From positions 1 to 41,997 of the forward strand of contig JANMMV010000697.1 of NCBI GenBank assembly GCA_031373565.1: a stretch of 41,997 bases of DNA, given 5' to 3'. Positions 1 through 9,214 of this stretch are shown piece after piece. The notes under the pieces are model-generated. The model worked only from the letters and a program-made list of their open reading frames with translations, was not told the origin of the DNA and ran no database searches. The stretch is from Saprospiraceae bacterium (GTDB taxonomy: Bacteria; Bacteroidota; Bacteroidia; Chitinophagales; Saprospiraceae). The position numbers and the translations under genes are program-made. Numbering within the stretch: position 1 is the first letter of the stretch; every line of letters starts with the position of its first letter.

Positions 1-587
1 TATTCAAATAAGCCAAAAATGGGTCGCAAGAGGAAAACCGAAAGAATAGTAAGAAGTCCAAATGAAGCGTAAAAAACACCACCTGCTAAGATTATTCTTA
101 TAAAAGTCGTTTTCCTCGCAATAAATGCACCAGACAAACCAGTAAAAGCAAAAATAATCAAGATTGTTTTTGAGATCAAGAAAAAAATTCTTGTTATAGC
201 GACCTCATCCGTAAAAAGGACCTTGTATATATGGAGTAATAAAAAAAATGAAATTGTGCAGTAAAAAGAAATAACTGCAAATTTGACAATCTTTGCATTG
301 TTGTTAATATCAATCACTTTGGCAATAAAATAAACATAACTAAAAAGCATATACAGTATCAATGGATGGTCGATAACATATGCAAAAGTCTGTGAGGTAT
401 TTGTAAAAGAATCATATCCGGTGACTCTCCTAAAAACTAAATATAATACAACTGATAGTAGATAATTCGCATAAAGAAACATAAATTGATCCTTCTGTTG
501 AATATATAGAATAGCATGGTAAACAAACATGATGGAAGCTGCTCCCAAGACAAACCATTCAATACTCACGACATTATAACCGCCCAT
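1..587 (-). CDS. Multi-pass membrane protein, N-terminal part only (runs off the left edge). 7TMR-DISM-like 7TM receptor module, probably the front end of a sensor kinase.
   Basis: ATG at 587-585 lies 2 nt after the stop of the response-regulator gene. I translated this frame by hand down to position 3 and found no stop. The product (MGGYNVVSIEWFVLGAASIMFVYHAILYIQQKDQFMFLYANYLLLSVVLYLVF...) is a chain of hydrophobic helices. It is absent from the ORF track because it is open at the window edge. Confidence 0.5.
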   Translation of the reverse strand, partial: MGGYNVVSIEWFVLGAASIMFVYHAILYIQQKDQFMFLYANYLLSVVLYLVFRRVTGYDSFTNTSQTFAYVIDHPLILYMLFSYVYFIAKVIDINNNAKIVKFAVISFYCTISFFLLLHIYKVLFTDEVAITRIFFLISKTILIIFAFTGLSGAFIARKTTFIRIILAGGVFYASFGLLTILSVFLLRPIFGLFE

Positions 588-589
588 AG

Positions 590-1228
590 CTAGGTAAGAT
601 CGTTACGTCCCTTCAATGCATATGATACCGCTTCGCCTAGCGAGTGAACTTGCAGTTTTTCATATATTTTTTTGATATGATTATTAACTGTACCGTAAGT
701 AATACCGCATTTTTCAGCGATCATCTTATAACTATCGCCGCTAGATAAATAATTTAATACTTCAGATTCTCTTGGTGATAGGCTACTCATCTTCGTATCT
801 GACGTTGTAGGCTTTTTAATAAAATTCATAACTTGCATTGCAACGCTGGGGGTCATGAAAGCACCACCATTATGAACTTCGATGATACTTTCAATAATAT
901 GATTTATGGAAGCTTTTTTTAATATATATCCTTCTGCCCCATATCGCAAAGCATTAAATATCTTATCACTATCTTCATATACAGTTTGCATAATTATTCT
1001 AATATGGGGAAATTTTGATTTAATTTTCCGAACGCCTTCTATCCCGTCTGTGATAGGCATCTCTATGTCCATCAGCACAACATCAGGCTTGGTATTGAGC
1101 ATCTCCGCATCAGTATTTGAACAGTTCGTTGCGCCACCAACATATTCCATAGATTCTGTCAATTCGAGTAATGCAATGAGACTGTCTCTCCTTGCGTCAT
1201 TATCATCATATATAAAAACTCGTATCAT
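590..1228 (-). CDS. NarL/LuxR-family two-component response regulator (REC + LuxR HTH)
   Basis: Receiver motifs are present: IYDDND, VVLMDIEMP (phospho-Asp) and ILKK. The C-terminal LuxR HTH reads LSPRESEVLNYLSSGDSYKMIAEKCGITYGTVNNHIKKIYEKL. Confidence 0.9.
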   Translation of the reverse strand: MIRVFIYDDNDARRDSLIALLELTESMEYVGGATNCSNTDAEMLNTKPDVVLMDIEMPITDGIEGVRKIKSKFPHIRIIMQTVYEDSDKIFNALRYGAEGYILKKASINHIIESIIEVHNGGAFMTPSVAMQVMNFIKKPTTSDTKMSSLSPRESEVLNYLSSGDSYKMIAEKCGITYGTVNNHIKKIYEKLQVHSLGEAVSYALKGRNDLT

Positions 1229-1413
1229 TGTGTAAACTTAAAAAGATCGATGGATATTACATCTCGCAGACCAAAGGCGCTATCTAATGACCTTTTAAAC
1301 TGCAAGAATCGGTAAAAATAAAATCAAATATTGATTAAAAAATTGGACAGTTGATTACCATATTCCACTAGATAAAACACTTCTGTCACATTAATGTTTA
1401 TCTTGAAAGAATA

Positions 1414-1444
1414 AGAGCTGTTCAAATTTTTATTAAACAGCTCT
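1414..1444 (-). terminator. Hairpin terminator downstream of the 1514-2215 gene
   Basis: AGAGCTGTT (1414-1422) pairs with AACAGCTCT (1436-1444) as a 9-bp stem with a 13-nt loop. The minus-strand 3' flank is T-rich (ttattctttc). Confidence 0.5.
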
Positions 1445-1513
1445 TTTCAATATTAACTAATTTTTAAAAATAAGATATTCAAAAGGCGGGAAGACCACGT
1501 TCACTTTTCTTAA

Positions 1514-2215
1514 TTACTTCAAAACCGAAAACTCTTTACCTACTTTCTTACCTAGTTTCCAATTCATCCTCACAAAATACTTCTTGTTGTTGATTTTACA
1601 TCTACCCCACATTTCGCCCTTTTGATTCGCATCAAAAAAATCAATATTTATTGAGTTTAGACCTCTGCTGTCACTAAACGAAGCTTTGTTTGTTTTGGCA
1701 TTAACTGAAAAAATGGAATTCACACGCAATTTCTCAAAATTCTTATCATTTGCATTTAGAACGGTAATCTTAACACCTTCAAATTTAATATCAGGACTTT
1801 CTTCATTTACTGATAAATTACTTAAATTTGTAGAATCAGCAATCGCAACTTTTCCACTATTGTTGCCAGGAAAAACGGGATCGCTGATTACTGATCGACC
1901 ATCATCATTTGAAGGGGCTTCGTACCAAGAGAATCCAACTTGAGCTGCAGCACTTTCAGAACTTTTACTACTTGACCAATAACCGAGGTGATGCCATATA
2001 GCACCACAACCTGATTCGGGTACATCAACAGGCTGCAGAGGAGATTGTATCGTGTTGTTATCAGGATTGTCAGGCGGCGCTGTATGGGATGATTTTTTAT
2101 CACCAGATTTCTTTTGTTGGTTAGAAGATCCGTTATATCCTTGTGCCATCACGAATTGTGAAGAAAGGATAAAGAATAGAATTAACAGGTTTGGAGTTTT
2201 AAAAAATGTTTTCAT
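1514..2215 (-). CDS. Secreted hypothetical protein
   Basis: 233-aa ORF with signal peptide MKTFFKTPNLLILFFILSSQFVMAQ, followed by a low-complexity Ser/Asn/Pro-rich linker. I recognise no family. Confidence 0.6.
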   Translation of the reverse strand: MKTFFKTPNLLILFFILSSQFVMAQGYNGSSNQQKKSGDKKSSHTAPPDNPDNNTIQSPLQPVDVPESGCGAIWHHLGYWSSSKSSESAAAQVGFSWYEAPSNDDGRSVISDPVFPGNNSGKVAIADSTNLSNLSVNEESPDIKFEGVKITVLNANDKNFEKLRVNSIFSVNAKTNKASFSDSRGLNSINIDFFDANQKGEMWGRCKINNKKYFVRMNWKLGKKVGKEFSVLK

Positions 2216-2353
2216 TGATAAATTATTTAATGAATTATAAAAAATGGTTTAATAAATCTAGATAGGTCGGGGTATGAATCTTGGTAATTATGCTTATATT
2301 TCTATATTTCATAATGCTAGATTCATCCAAAAATGAATATAGGGTTGATATGA

Positions 2354-3571
2354 TTAATTAGTTAGAGTTTGTAGTATTGCTTGCCGCCTAGTTGCTAAGT
2401 CAATGACTATTGCACGTCCGTTCTTAGCACCTTTCACTAATCCTATAAGTGACCCTTGACGGTCAAAAACGTGTGAATTTAATGGGTGATAACCACCGAT
2501 AGAAAATACGCCAACGCCGTTTTGATCAGTATCCACTTCTCTTACAAAATCTTCTTCGGAATAATTAAATTTAGACTTTCCAAAAACTTTGGCCGCTGCA
2601 ATCGAATTTGTCCCAGAAATTGGAGAAAATGGGAAGCTAATATCATTGGGAAATGAAACTTTCATCACAATTACATTGGAAAGGGGATCGTCGAAAACTT
2701 TTTTGAATTTTACAGATGTTGCCACATTGTTTGGATATGCTGTGCCGATGTTGATGCCATCAGCAACAAATGCTGATTTGGGTAAAATAAAGTGTTTTGG
2801 ATCAATAAAAATGACCACATATATTAGATTATTTGCAAAAATTTTACATAAAACGGGACTACTTAAAATATTAACAGGTATCGATGGAGGGATGATAGCG
2901 GAATTAGAATGAGCTGCAGGAGTAGCTACCGTAATTGCCCCAAGTCCGCTAAAAATTGTCATGAAAGGGATCAAATTATGAATAAAACACGATGTAACTC
3001 CTACCATTGAAGTGTTATCTTTATAAATACCAATGACGTGGCCTAGGCTATTTACTACAGGAACTCCAGCTCGATCAGGGGTACAAAACTGAGCATCACT
3101 ACCAATGGCTCCTGCTGCCGCCTGTTCAATGTTGCTTATGTTTAAAACATCTGAAAATCGATTATATGAGTAGATCGGAGACGGATAAGCGGGAAGCTGA
3201 TCAGCAAATTTTAAAACTTCATAACTTATGCCCGGCTCCATTTGGTCCAGACGGATCAGTGTCCACTTGCTTTTGAGTTCGGTAGGAGTTATGTCGGTGT
3301 AGTTAGCGAAATGAGAGTAAATATCTTTTTCAAGCAACAATTTTACTGGATCAAACCCCTGTAAAGCATTAACACTAGTTAGCAGGATTTGATCAGCGAT
3401 AAAAAAACCACAAACAGTTTTCTTAGTGCCGTAATCTCGACGGATGGTGATTGTAGCTTTTTTTAGCCTTTCTTTTATTTGTTCGGAAGATATCTGCTGG
3501 CTAAAAGTGATTGTAATAAGCAATGTTTGAAAAATGAATATTAATATGATATGTCTTAATAGATTGTGCAT
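2354..3571 (-). CDS. Secreted protein with two degenerate trypsin-fold (S1C/Trypsin_2-like) domains, probably catalytically inactive
   Basis: Start chosen at the Met giving signal peptide MHNLLRHIILIFIFQTLLITITFSQQ; the ORF is open back to 3622. CGFFIADQILLTSVNAL and PDRAGVPVVNSLGHVIGIY resemble the His and Ser regions of HtrA-like proteases but carry N and A at the catalytic positions. The C-terminal half repeats the pattern (GGYHPLNSHVFDRQGSLIGLVKG). Confidence 0.6.
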   Translation of the reverse strand: MHNLLRHIILIFIFQTLLITITFSQQISSEQIKERLKKATITIRRDYGTKKTVCGFFIADQILLTSVNALQGFDPVKLLLEKDIYSHFANYTDITPTELKSKWTLIRLDQMEPGISYEVLKFADQLPAYPSPIYSYNRFSDVLNISNIEQAAAGAIGSDAQFCTPDRAGVPVVNSLGHVIGIYKDNTSMVGVTSCFIHNLIPFMTIFSGLGAITVATPAAHSNSAIIPPSIPVNILSSPVLCKIFANNLIYVVIFIDPKHFILPKSAFVADGINIGTAYPNNVATSVKFKKVFDDPLSNVIVMKVSFPNDISFPFSPISGTNSIAAAKVFGKSKFNYSEEDFVREVDTDQNGVGVFSIGGYHPLNSHVFDRQGSLIGLVKGAKNGRAIVIDLATRRQAILQTLTN

Positions 3572-3636
3572 TTTATTATTGTTTAGGATCTGAAAATATG
3601 TTAATTGATTATAATTTTTCAAAGTATGTTACATGT

Positions 3637-4875
3637 CTATCGCATCATGCAGGATATGGAAACAACGGGTAAAAAGGTCTTTAATTTTAGTGCTTTGTCA
3701 AAAATTGTTTGCATACTAAAATTTAAACTCAAATTCTTATTTATGCGCCAATCACCTCCGAAATTAAATCGATAAGGATGAACGATTGTCCAATTGACAG
3801 TTTCAGGTGCGATCTCAAAATTATCAGGCGTTATAAATACTTCTTTGATAGCTTCGAAAGGAGTTTTAAGGGATCGTCTCTCGTATATATACTCTACAAA
3901 AAAAGTATAAAAAGGACTTCCATATCTAAGGTTGGAACCAAAGGTCACAATGTTGTTTCCAGCAATAGAGAGTGTATCAAACTGAGCACCGTTGTTATCG
4001 AAAATGCTAAAATTAACTTCCTCATCATATCTATGTACTCTTATTAATGCGCTCAACAGTAGATTTTTACCTATTCCTTTTCCAGCATTAATCCAAAGCC
4101 CATTTGCAGTGGATCTATTAAGTCTTAAAGATGCAAGTCCACCAGTAGAGTCAGTTACATAAGAATTTATCGCTCCATAACCTACATCAACCCAAGAAGA
4201 ATTCCAGTGTTCTGCAATAATTGTCAGTGCTCGCTCATTGATTAAACTCTGTCTTCGACTATTGAACGACAATAATTCTACTTCCAAATTTTCTATTTGT
4301 TTCCTTATCTCAGGTTTAAGTAAAATATTAGACATGGTGTCCAGCCCTTTTTTCAAAAGCTTAAGTTCCTCTTCAATTTCTTTTCTATCGTCTGTCAGTG
4401 ATTTTTCGATATCCTGATAATAATCTCTTTCAAGTAATGGGTCCTTCTCTTTAAACAAATTTATTTTGGACGCAAAGCCAATCCGTCTATCTCTATTTTC
4501 ATCAAGTACGGTTCCCGCTGATAGATCTAAACTTGACAATTTTCTTTTCCAAGCAGGCGCGTTCTGATATTTCTTGATATCTCTCCGATTGTATAGCATC
4601 TCCCATATTGGTTGTGATTGTAGTGCAATATTTGGGCTTAAACTCCACGATTTAAATGCCCAATCAACTTTGAAATCTCTAATATCATTTGATCTAACCA
4701 CTTGTGAAGGCGTCACTCCCATCAAATCAAATACGGGAGATGCCGGTATGCTAAATTCAGATGGAGAAAGTCTTTTAGCGTCTCCATTATTCTGATTATT
4801 TACTTGCGCCTTGAGAATGAATGATGAAATGAAAAAAATGAAAGTGATATGAACAATTTTGGTATTTCGGATCAT
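3637..4875 (-). CDS. Secreted or outer-membrane hypothetical protein with a central coiled-coil segment
   Basis: 412-aa ORF with signal peptide MIRNTKIVHITFIFFISSFILKAQ. Beta-rich flanks surround a charged heptad-like stretch (DIEKSLTDDRKEIEEELKLLKKGLD...ENLEVELLSF). It lies 14 nt upstream of the trypsin-fold gene. Confidence 0.6.
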   Translation of the reverse strand: MIRNTKIVHITFIFFISSFILKAQVNNQNNGDAKRLSPSEFSIPASPVFDLMGVTPSQVVRSNDIRDFKVDWAFKSWSLSPNIALQSQPIWEMLYNRRDIKKYQNAPAWKRKLSSLDLSAGTVLDENRDRRIGFASKINLFKEKDPLLERDYYQDIEKSLTDDRKEIEEELKLLKKGLDTMSNILLKPEIRKQIENLEVELLSFNSRRQSLINERALTIIAEHWNSSWVDVGYGAINSYVTDSTGGLASLRLNRSTANGLWINAGKGIGKNLLLSALIRVHRYDEEVNFSIFDNNGAQFDTLSIAGNNIVTFGSNLRYGSPFYTFFVEYIYERRSLKTPFEAIKEVFITPDNFEIAPETVNWTIVHPYRFNFGGDWRINKNLSLNFSMQTIFDKALKLKTFLPVVSISCMMR

Positions 4876-5077
4876 GATATAAAGGTATTTTCGAATTAAT
4901 GTTTGTAATTATATTGCAAAGGTGGAGTCTTTTGGATAGGTGTACAATAGCTAAATATAGACATATATAATTGGGTACACTGATAGCAATCAGATGCTTA
5001 GGCATATAAGTGTGCAACAACCCAAAGCAGGCATTCCTATGAAAAAATGACAAATAGCTTGTCTAGATAGTAGTAAA

Positions 5078-7093
5078 TTACTTGGATTTATAGCTAATAC
5101 TAGGTAGGGGAAGATTGCCCTTTATTTTAACCCCATGACCTAATGACGAAATAATTTCAACATTTCCGTTCATTTCAATAATCCTTTTCTTGATATTAAT
5201 TAGTCCATTTCCTTTCTTTGAGTTAGCGCTGTCGAAACCTACTCCATTATCGCTGATTTCAAAAGCAATAGTATTGTTGTCAACACCCATAGATATTTTC
5301 ATAGCAGTTGCATTACTATACTTAGCGATATTGTGTAAAGCTTCTTTGGAAACCAACAATAGATTTTTTCGCATTTTGTTTGAAATCATTATGACGTTTA
5401 CCATATCATCTATTTCAATATCAATGGATATAGTACTTTCCGCAAATGAATCCTTAGTATATTGAGTAATTCTGTTTTTTATGGAGATAGATTCTTGATC
5501 GACGCTCTTCAAACTCCATATTATATCTTCCATTCGCTCCATTAAGTCTCTACTATGCCCTGAAATCTTTTGAATCATGTCTTGGGCCTTCACTGGTTCA
5601 GAAGTGTAAAATTTGCTAGCTAGTTCAGAATAGATAGAAATACTGCTCAGGGTAGATCCAATATCGTCATGAAGGTCAGCGCTGATGCGACTTTGCTCTG
5701 CCATGATTGCATTTTGCTCATCAATTAACTTTCTTCTTTTCATTTGCCTTATCGTGATCATAAATGATGCGGCAATTAGCAATAGAATTATCGATAGCAA
5801 ATACTTTATAATCCTATCTTTATAATTGACTTCTCTAGCTAAGTTATTATCGTCTTCTAAACGACTTATTGTTTCATCTTTCTCTTTGGCTTTATAGGCA
5901 GCATCTAACTTGTTAGTCAATTCCGCAACATTTCGCCGATTCAAACTATCTTGTATAGTATTTCTGGTATATAGCGCTTCATAGGAGCCTTTGTAATCCT
6001 TCAAAGATGCTAAAATTTTAGCTTTAAGATGATAGGCTGATAACTTATTACTTAAATTGCTTCCTTTATGAAAGATACTCGAGTCAATGTAAATGCTAGC
6101 TAATCTAAGATCATTTTGTGCATAATAGCTCTTCGATAAGTCACCATAAAAAACGTCCAGCATGTACAACTCATTAGTAGATTTAGCAATACTGATGGTC
6201 TTCTTAAAATTTATTATTGCGTCATCATATTTCTTCTGCAAAAAACTAATGTTACCAAGTCCTTGATACGAATATAATAAGGCAGAAGGACTTTTTATGA
6301 TCTTGATCTGATCTTTGTAAATTCCTTCAGCTTTTTCCAGTTTTCCATCTTGAATGTACCATGTAGCGAGTGCTTGTAAGCATACATTTTTTTGAGTATC
6401 ATTGTTAAACTCTAGTGCATCGCAATATGCATTATCCAAATATTCTTTAGCTTTTGCTCGCTGACCTTGCCCTTCGAAACAATCGGCAATGATAAGTTTT
6501 ACGTAAACACTCAATTGTCTTATCTCAGCATAAGGCGAAATGGTATTTACGCTATCAGCTTTCATAAAATATCTTAAGGATTGTTCAGATTTCCCTATCG
6601 AGTGATTAATTCTACCTTTTATTTCATATATGTTACCTAAAAGCCTTTTATTAGTTATTAATCCGATCTTTTCTGTGGCCAGAGACGCATAATATGATGC
6701 CTTTTCAAATTTACCAGTGTGATGATATAGATTAGCCAGGAGACTACAAGTGTTGACCACATCATTCGAATTGTTGGGAACCGATTCATTTTTCAATGAC
6801 GCCAAAAGCCATGTTTCCGCTTCTGGTGTCTGGCGTTGAAACCAATAGTGTTCACCTATCATAAAAGCGTAACGCGCTGCTTTATCCTTGGTATTCATAG
6901 CACGATACAAGATTATTAAGCTATCTACACTCGCATTTTTATTCTGTTGAGCGTCAAATTCGGCTTTAAGAATAGATTTTGAATAGGATTTCAACTGAAA
7001 AGGACAAGCAAATATTAATAGTATCAAAAAATGAAAAATACATCGCTTACTAGCAGTAATTTTTGGCGATTGTTTCATATTCGAAAATGACAT
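5078..7093 (-). CDS. Sensor histidine kinase: signal/TM, extracytoplasmic TPR array, TM, HisKA_3 dimerisation domain, HATPase_c
   Basis: At least 8 TPR-like repeats, e.g. YQGLGNISFLQKKYDDAIINFKKTISIAK. TM segment IIKYLLSIILLLIAASFMITI. H-box ISADLHDDIGSTLS (NarL-partner type). N-box EALHNIAKYSNAT. G-boxes ISDNGVGFD and GNGLINIKKR. Confidence 0.85.
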   Translation of the reverse strand: MSFSNMKQSPKITASKRCIFHFLILLIFACPFQLKSYSKSILKAEFDAQQNKNASVDSLIILYRAMNTKDKAARYAFMIGEHYWFQRQTPEAETWLLASLKNESVPNNSNDVVNTCSLLANLYHHTGKFEKASYYASLATEKIGLITNKRLLGNIYEIKGRINHSIGKSEQSLRYFMKADSVNTISPYAEIRQLSVYVKLIIADCFEGQGQRAKAKEYLDNAYCDALEFNNDTQKNVCLQALATWYIQDGKLEKAEGIYKDQIKIIKSPSALLYSYQGLGNISFLQKKYDDAIINFKKTISIAKSTNELYMLDVFYGDLSKSYYAQNDLRLASIYIDSSIFHKGSNLSNKLSAYHLKAKILASLKDYKGSYEALYTRNTIQDSLNRRNVAELTNKLDAAYKAKEKDETISRLEDDNNLAREVNYKDRIIKYLLSIILLLIAASFMITIRQMKRRKLIDEQNAIMAEQSRISADLHDDIGSTLSSISIYSELASKFYTSEPVKAQDMIQKISGHSRDLMERMEDIIWSLKSVDQESISIKNRITQYTKDSFAESTISIDIEIDDMVNVIMISNKMRKNLLLVSKEALHNIAKYSNATAMKISMGVDNNTIAFEISDNGVGFDSANSKKGNGLINIKKRIIEMNGNVEIISSLGHGVKIKGNLPLPSISYKSK

Positions 7094-7423
7094 TTAGATA
7101 TTTACTTTTAGATTGGTTGTTCAATGCATTATATTTAATATTCAAAAGTTGTATTGCTCACATACTCGATTCATTTACGAACAATTGATTTTAACATAAA
7201 AGTAACCCTTTTAATCAAATATTATCAACAATAAGCTGAAATAGATAAGCATACCCATCGATGCTCCCGCCATGATTTAACTAATTCTATGGCTGTCCTT
7301 TTAGCAAATTAATGCCAACACGTGCCTGCATTCATCAATTTTGCCTTTCGAGAAATAGCAACTTATTTCACTTCTGTTTCATAAAGGGTTACTTAAATAT
7401 GATCATTTGAGCGTGTTGAGCCA

Positions 7424-7736
7424 TTAATCTGCGAAAGCATAGTTGGCTTTGTTGACAAGATTTCCAGTGAGTAAATTGACTAATTGCTTGCTTGTTTTAA
7501 TCATTTTGGTGAATTTGGATACGTCCGAGTATTCTCGCCATAAACAAAATGAGCTTTGGTAAATGTTTGTAGGTATTCTTGAACCCAGAATACGCATTAG
7601 AAATGAATCCCATAGCTTGACAAGCAACGGGGTGAACTTTATGAAAATCTGACTTCATATTTGTCATCGTTCTTACTTCGACAAGCTCAGTACGACGCAT
7701 TTTTATGTAGTCAACGTGAAAAGGCCTCATGAACAA
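7424..7736 (-). pseudogene. Two overlapping short ORFs in different frames; possibly a frameshifted gene remnant next to the IS
   Basis: ORFs 7497-7736 and 7424-7627 overlap out of frame on the same strand. I recognise no family. They sit directly left of the IS110 non-coding region. Confidence 0.2.
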
Positions 7737-8037
7737 CTGCCTACCTTTAGATTTGCATTTTAAATAAATTAATCATATTATGATTATTATTATGTATTAC
7801 AATGGGGGTTCTAGGGGGTGTTGAAAAGTGTTAATTTTGTGGAAAAGTTGAGACAAAGTGTGGCAAATTATACTGCCTACTAAGTAAACCTTAAGCGGCG
7901 TTTTAATCCACACTTTGCTCAAAAGGTTAAAAAGACAGATAGAAAATTAGGGTAAAACCCATTAACAAGGTAATCGTCCTTCACCTTTTATCTCAACTCG
8001 TTCGTAAAATTTATTAATTCTTAAAACCGTTATTATC
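7737..8037 (+). ncRNA. Candidate bridge/seek RNA region of the IS110 element (unverified)
   Basis: A 300-nt ORF-free stretch lies immediately 5' of the recombinase ATG. It has a perfect 10-bp inverted repeat CAAAGTGTGG (7854-7863) / CCACACTTTG (7908-7917) around a 44-nt loop, and a small GGGT-AAA-ACCC hairpin near 7951-7961. Confidence 0.3.
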
Positions 8038-9063
8038 ATGTTTAAGTTTATCGTCGTTGCCGACATTTCAAAAGACAAAATCAATTTTGCTCTACGTTTT
8101 GTAAACGACTTTCCTCTTGAAAGAGAAGTAGAGAATACAACTTCTGCTCTCAACAAATTTATAAAGGAAGTTCAATCATTAGTTAAAAGCATAGCCAAAG
8201 AAAAGAAGGCTGAATATTCTCTTGAATTTATCATGGAGCATACGGGTATTTATGGCAATCTTCTTGTTGAATGCTTGGCTGGACATAAGGTAGCAATGTA
8301 TGTTGTTGCTGGACTCGAAATCAAAAATAGCACTGGGATCAGTCGCGGTAAAAATGACAAAATTGATGCTCGACGTATAGCAGATTATGGGGTAAGATTT
8401 GCCGACAAATTGAAGCCTTATACCTTGTGTGATCAGACACTATCTGAACTCAAGGGTTTGAATACTTTAAGAGCCCAAATGGTAAGGATCAAAGCACAAC
8501 TAACACAAGCTAAGGATGATAATAAAAAATTTCAAAGTAAAGAACTTCTAAAAAAGTCTGAAAAAATAAAAAAGCCAGTAGTGAATGAATTAGATGAAGC
8601 TATTGAGAAAATTGAAGTCCAAATGCTGGAGTTAATAAAAAGCGATGAGTCAATAAATGAAAATTATAAGATCGCTCAATCAGTCCCTGGGGTAGGTAAA
8701 ATTGTAGCAGTAGCATTCATATGTGCTACTAATAATTTTACAAAGTTTCATTCAGCCAAAGCATTAGGTAGTTATTGTGGCGTAGTACCATTTGGCAAGG
8801 AGTCAGGGAGTTATAAAGGAAAGGACAAGATTTCTCCTATTGCAAATAAAGCATTAAAAACGCTGCTGCATCTTGGAGCTGTTGCCAGTATTAGTGGCAA
8901 AAATGCTTTCGCAGTATATTACCAAAGAAAAGTGGCAGTGGATAAGAAGAATAAAATGCTCGCCCTTAACAATGTAAGGAATAAAATAGTAAAAACAATG
9001 TTTGCGTGCATCAAAAATAAAACCAAGTACATTGCGGATTATTCGTTTTCATTTGCAGCCTAA
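8038..9063 (+). CDS. IS110-family transposase/recombinase (DEDD RuvC-like N-domain + Transposase_20 C-domain)
   Basis: DEDD elements: VVADISKDKINFA, MEHTGIYGNLL and KNDKIDARRIADY. The C-domain has SVPGVGKIVAVAFICATNNFTKFHSAKALGSYCGVVPFGKESGSYKG, typical of IS110/IS1111 enzymes. Confidence 0.9.
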   Translation: MFKFIVVADISKDKINFALRFVNDFPLEREVENTTSALNKFIKEVQSLVKSIAKEKKAEYSLEFIMEHTGIYGNLLVECLAGHKVAMYVVAGLEIKNSTGISRGKNDKIDARRIADYGVRFADKLKPYTLCDQTLSELKGLNTLRAQMVRIKAQLTQAKDDNKKFQSKELLKKSEKIKKPVVNELDEAIEKIEVQMLELIKSDESINENYKIAQSVPGVGKIVAVAFICATNNFTKFHSAKALGSYCGVVPFGKESGSYKGKDKISPIANKALKTLLHLGAVASISGKNAFAVYYQRKVAVDKKNKMLALNNVRNKIVKTMFACIKNKTKYIADYSFSFAA

Positions 9064-9214
9064 TCCGCAAAATGTGGATAAATCTGTGAATAGACTTTAT
9101 ACAACCAATTTTATCAACATAAAAAAAATCAGTTATACATTAAAAAAAAATAAATTAATACTTGTTTAAACCATAGAAAACGCCACGAGCCAGTTGTTCG
9201 TGGTTCAGGCCCTT

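Noticed and set aside
4796-5053. 85-aa minus-strand ORF in the gap between the kinase and the coiled-coil protein gene
   Set aside because: It overlaps the 5' end of the 3637-4875 gene out of frame. It is rich in His/Cys/Asn and has no recognisable features. The region is more likely the promoter region of the downstream gene.
7200-7394. Perfect 12-bp inverted repeat AAGTAACCCTTT / AAAGGGTTACTT spaced 171 nt apart, a possible MITE
   Set aside because: I could not identify a target-site duplication and there is no second copy in the window. A back-of-envelope estimate gives roughly one such 12-bp repeat pair per AT-rich 42-kb window by chance.
9181-9213. GGTTCAGGCCC after a CCACGA/TCGTGG hairpin looked faintly like a tRNA T-arm
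   Set aside because: The preceding 70 nt contain no acceptor, D or anticodon stems, and the sequence does not match the GGTTCGAATCC-type consensus.
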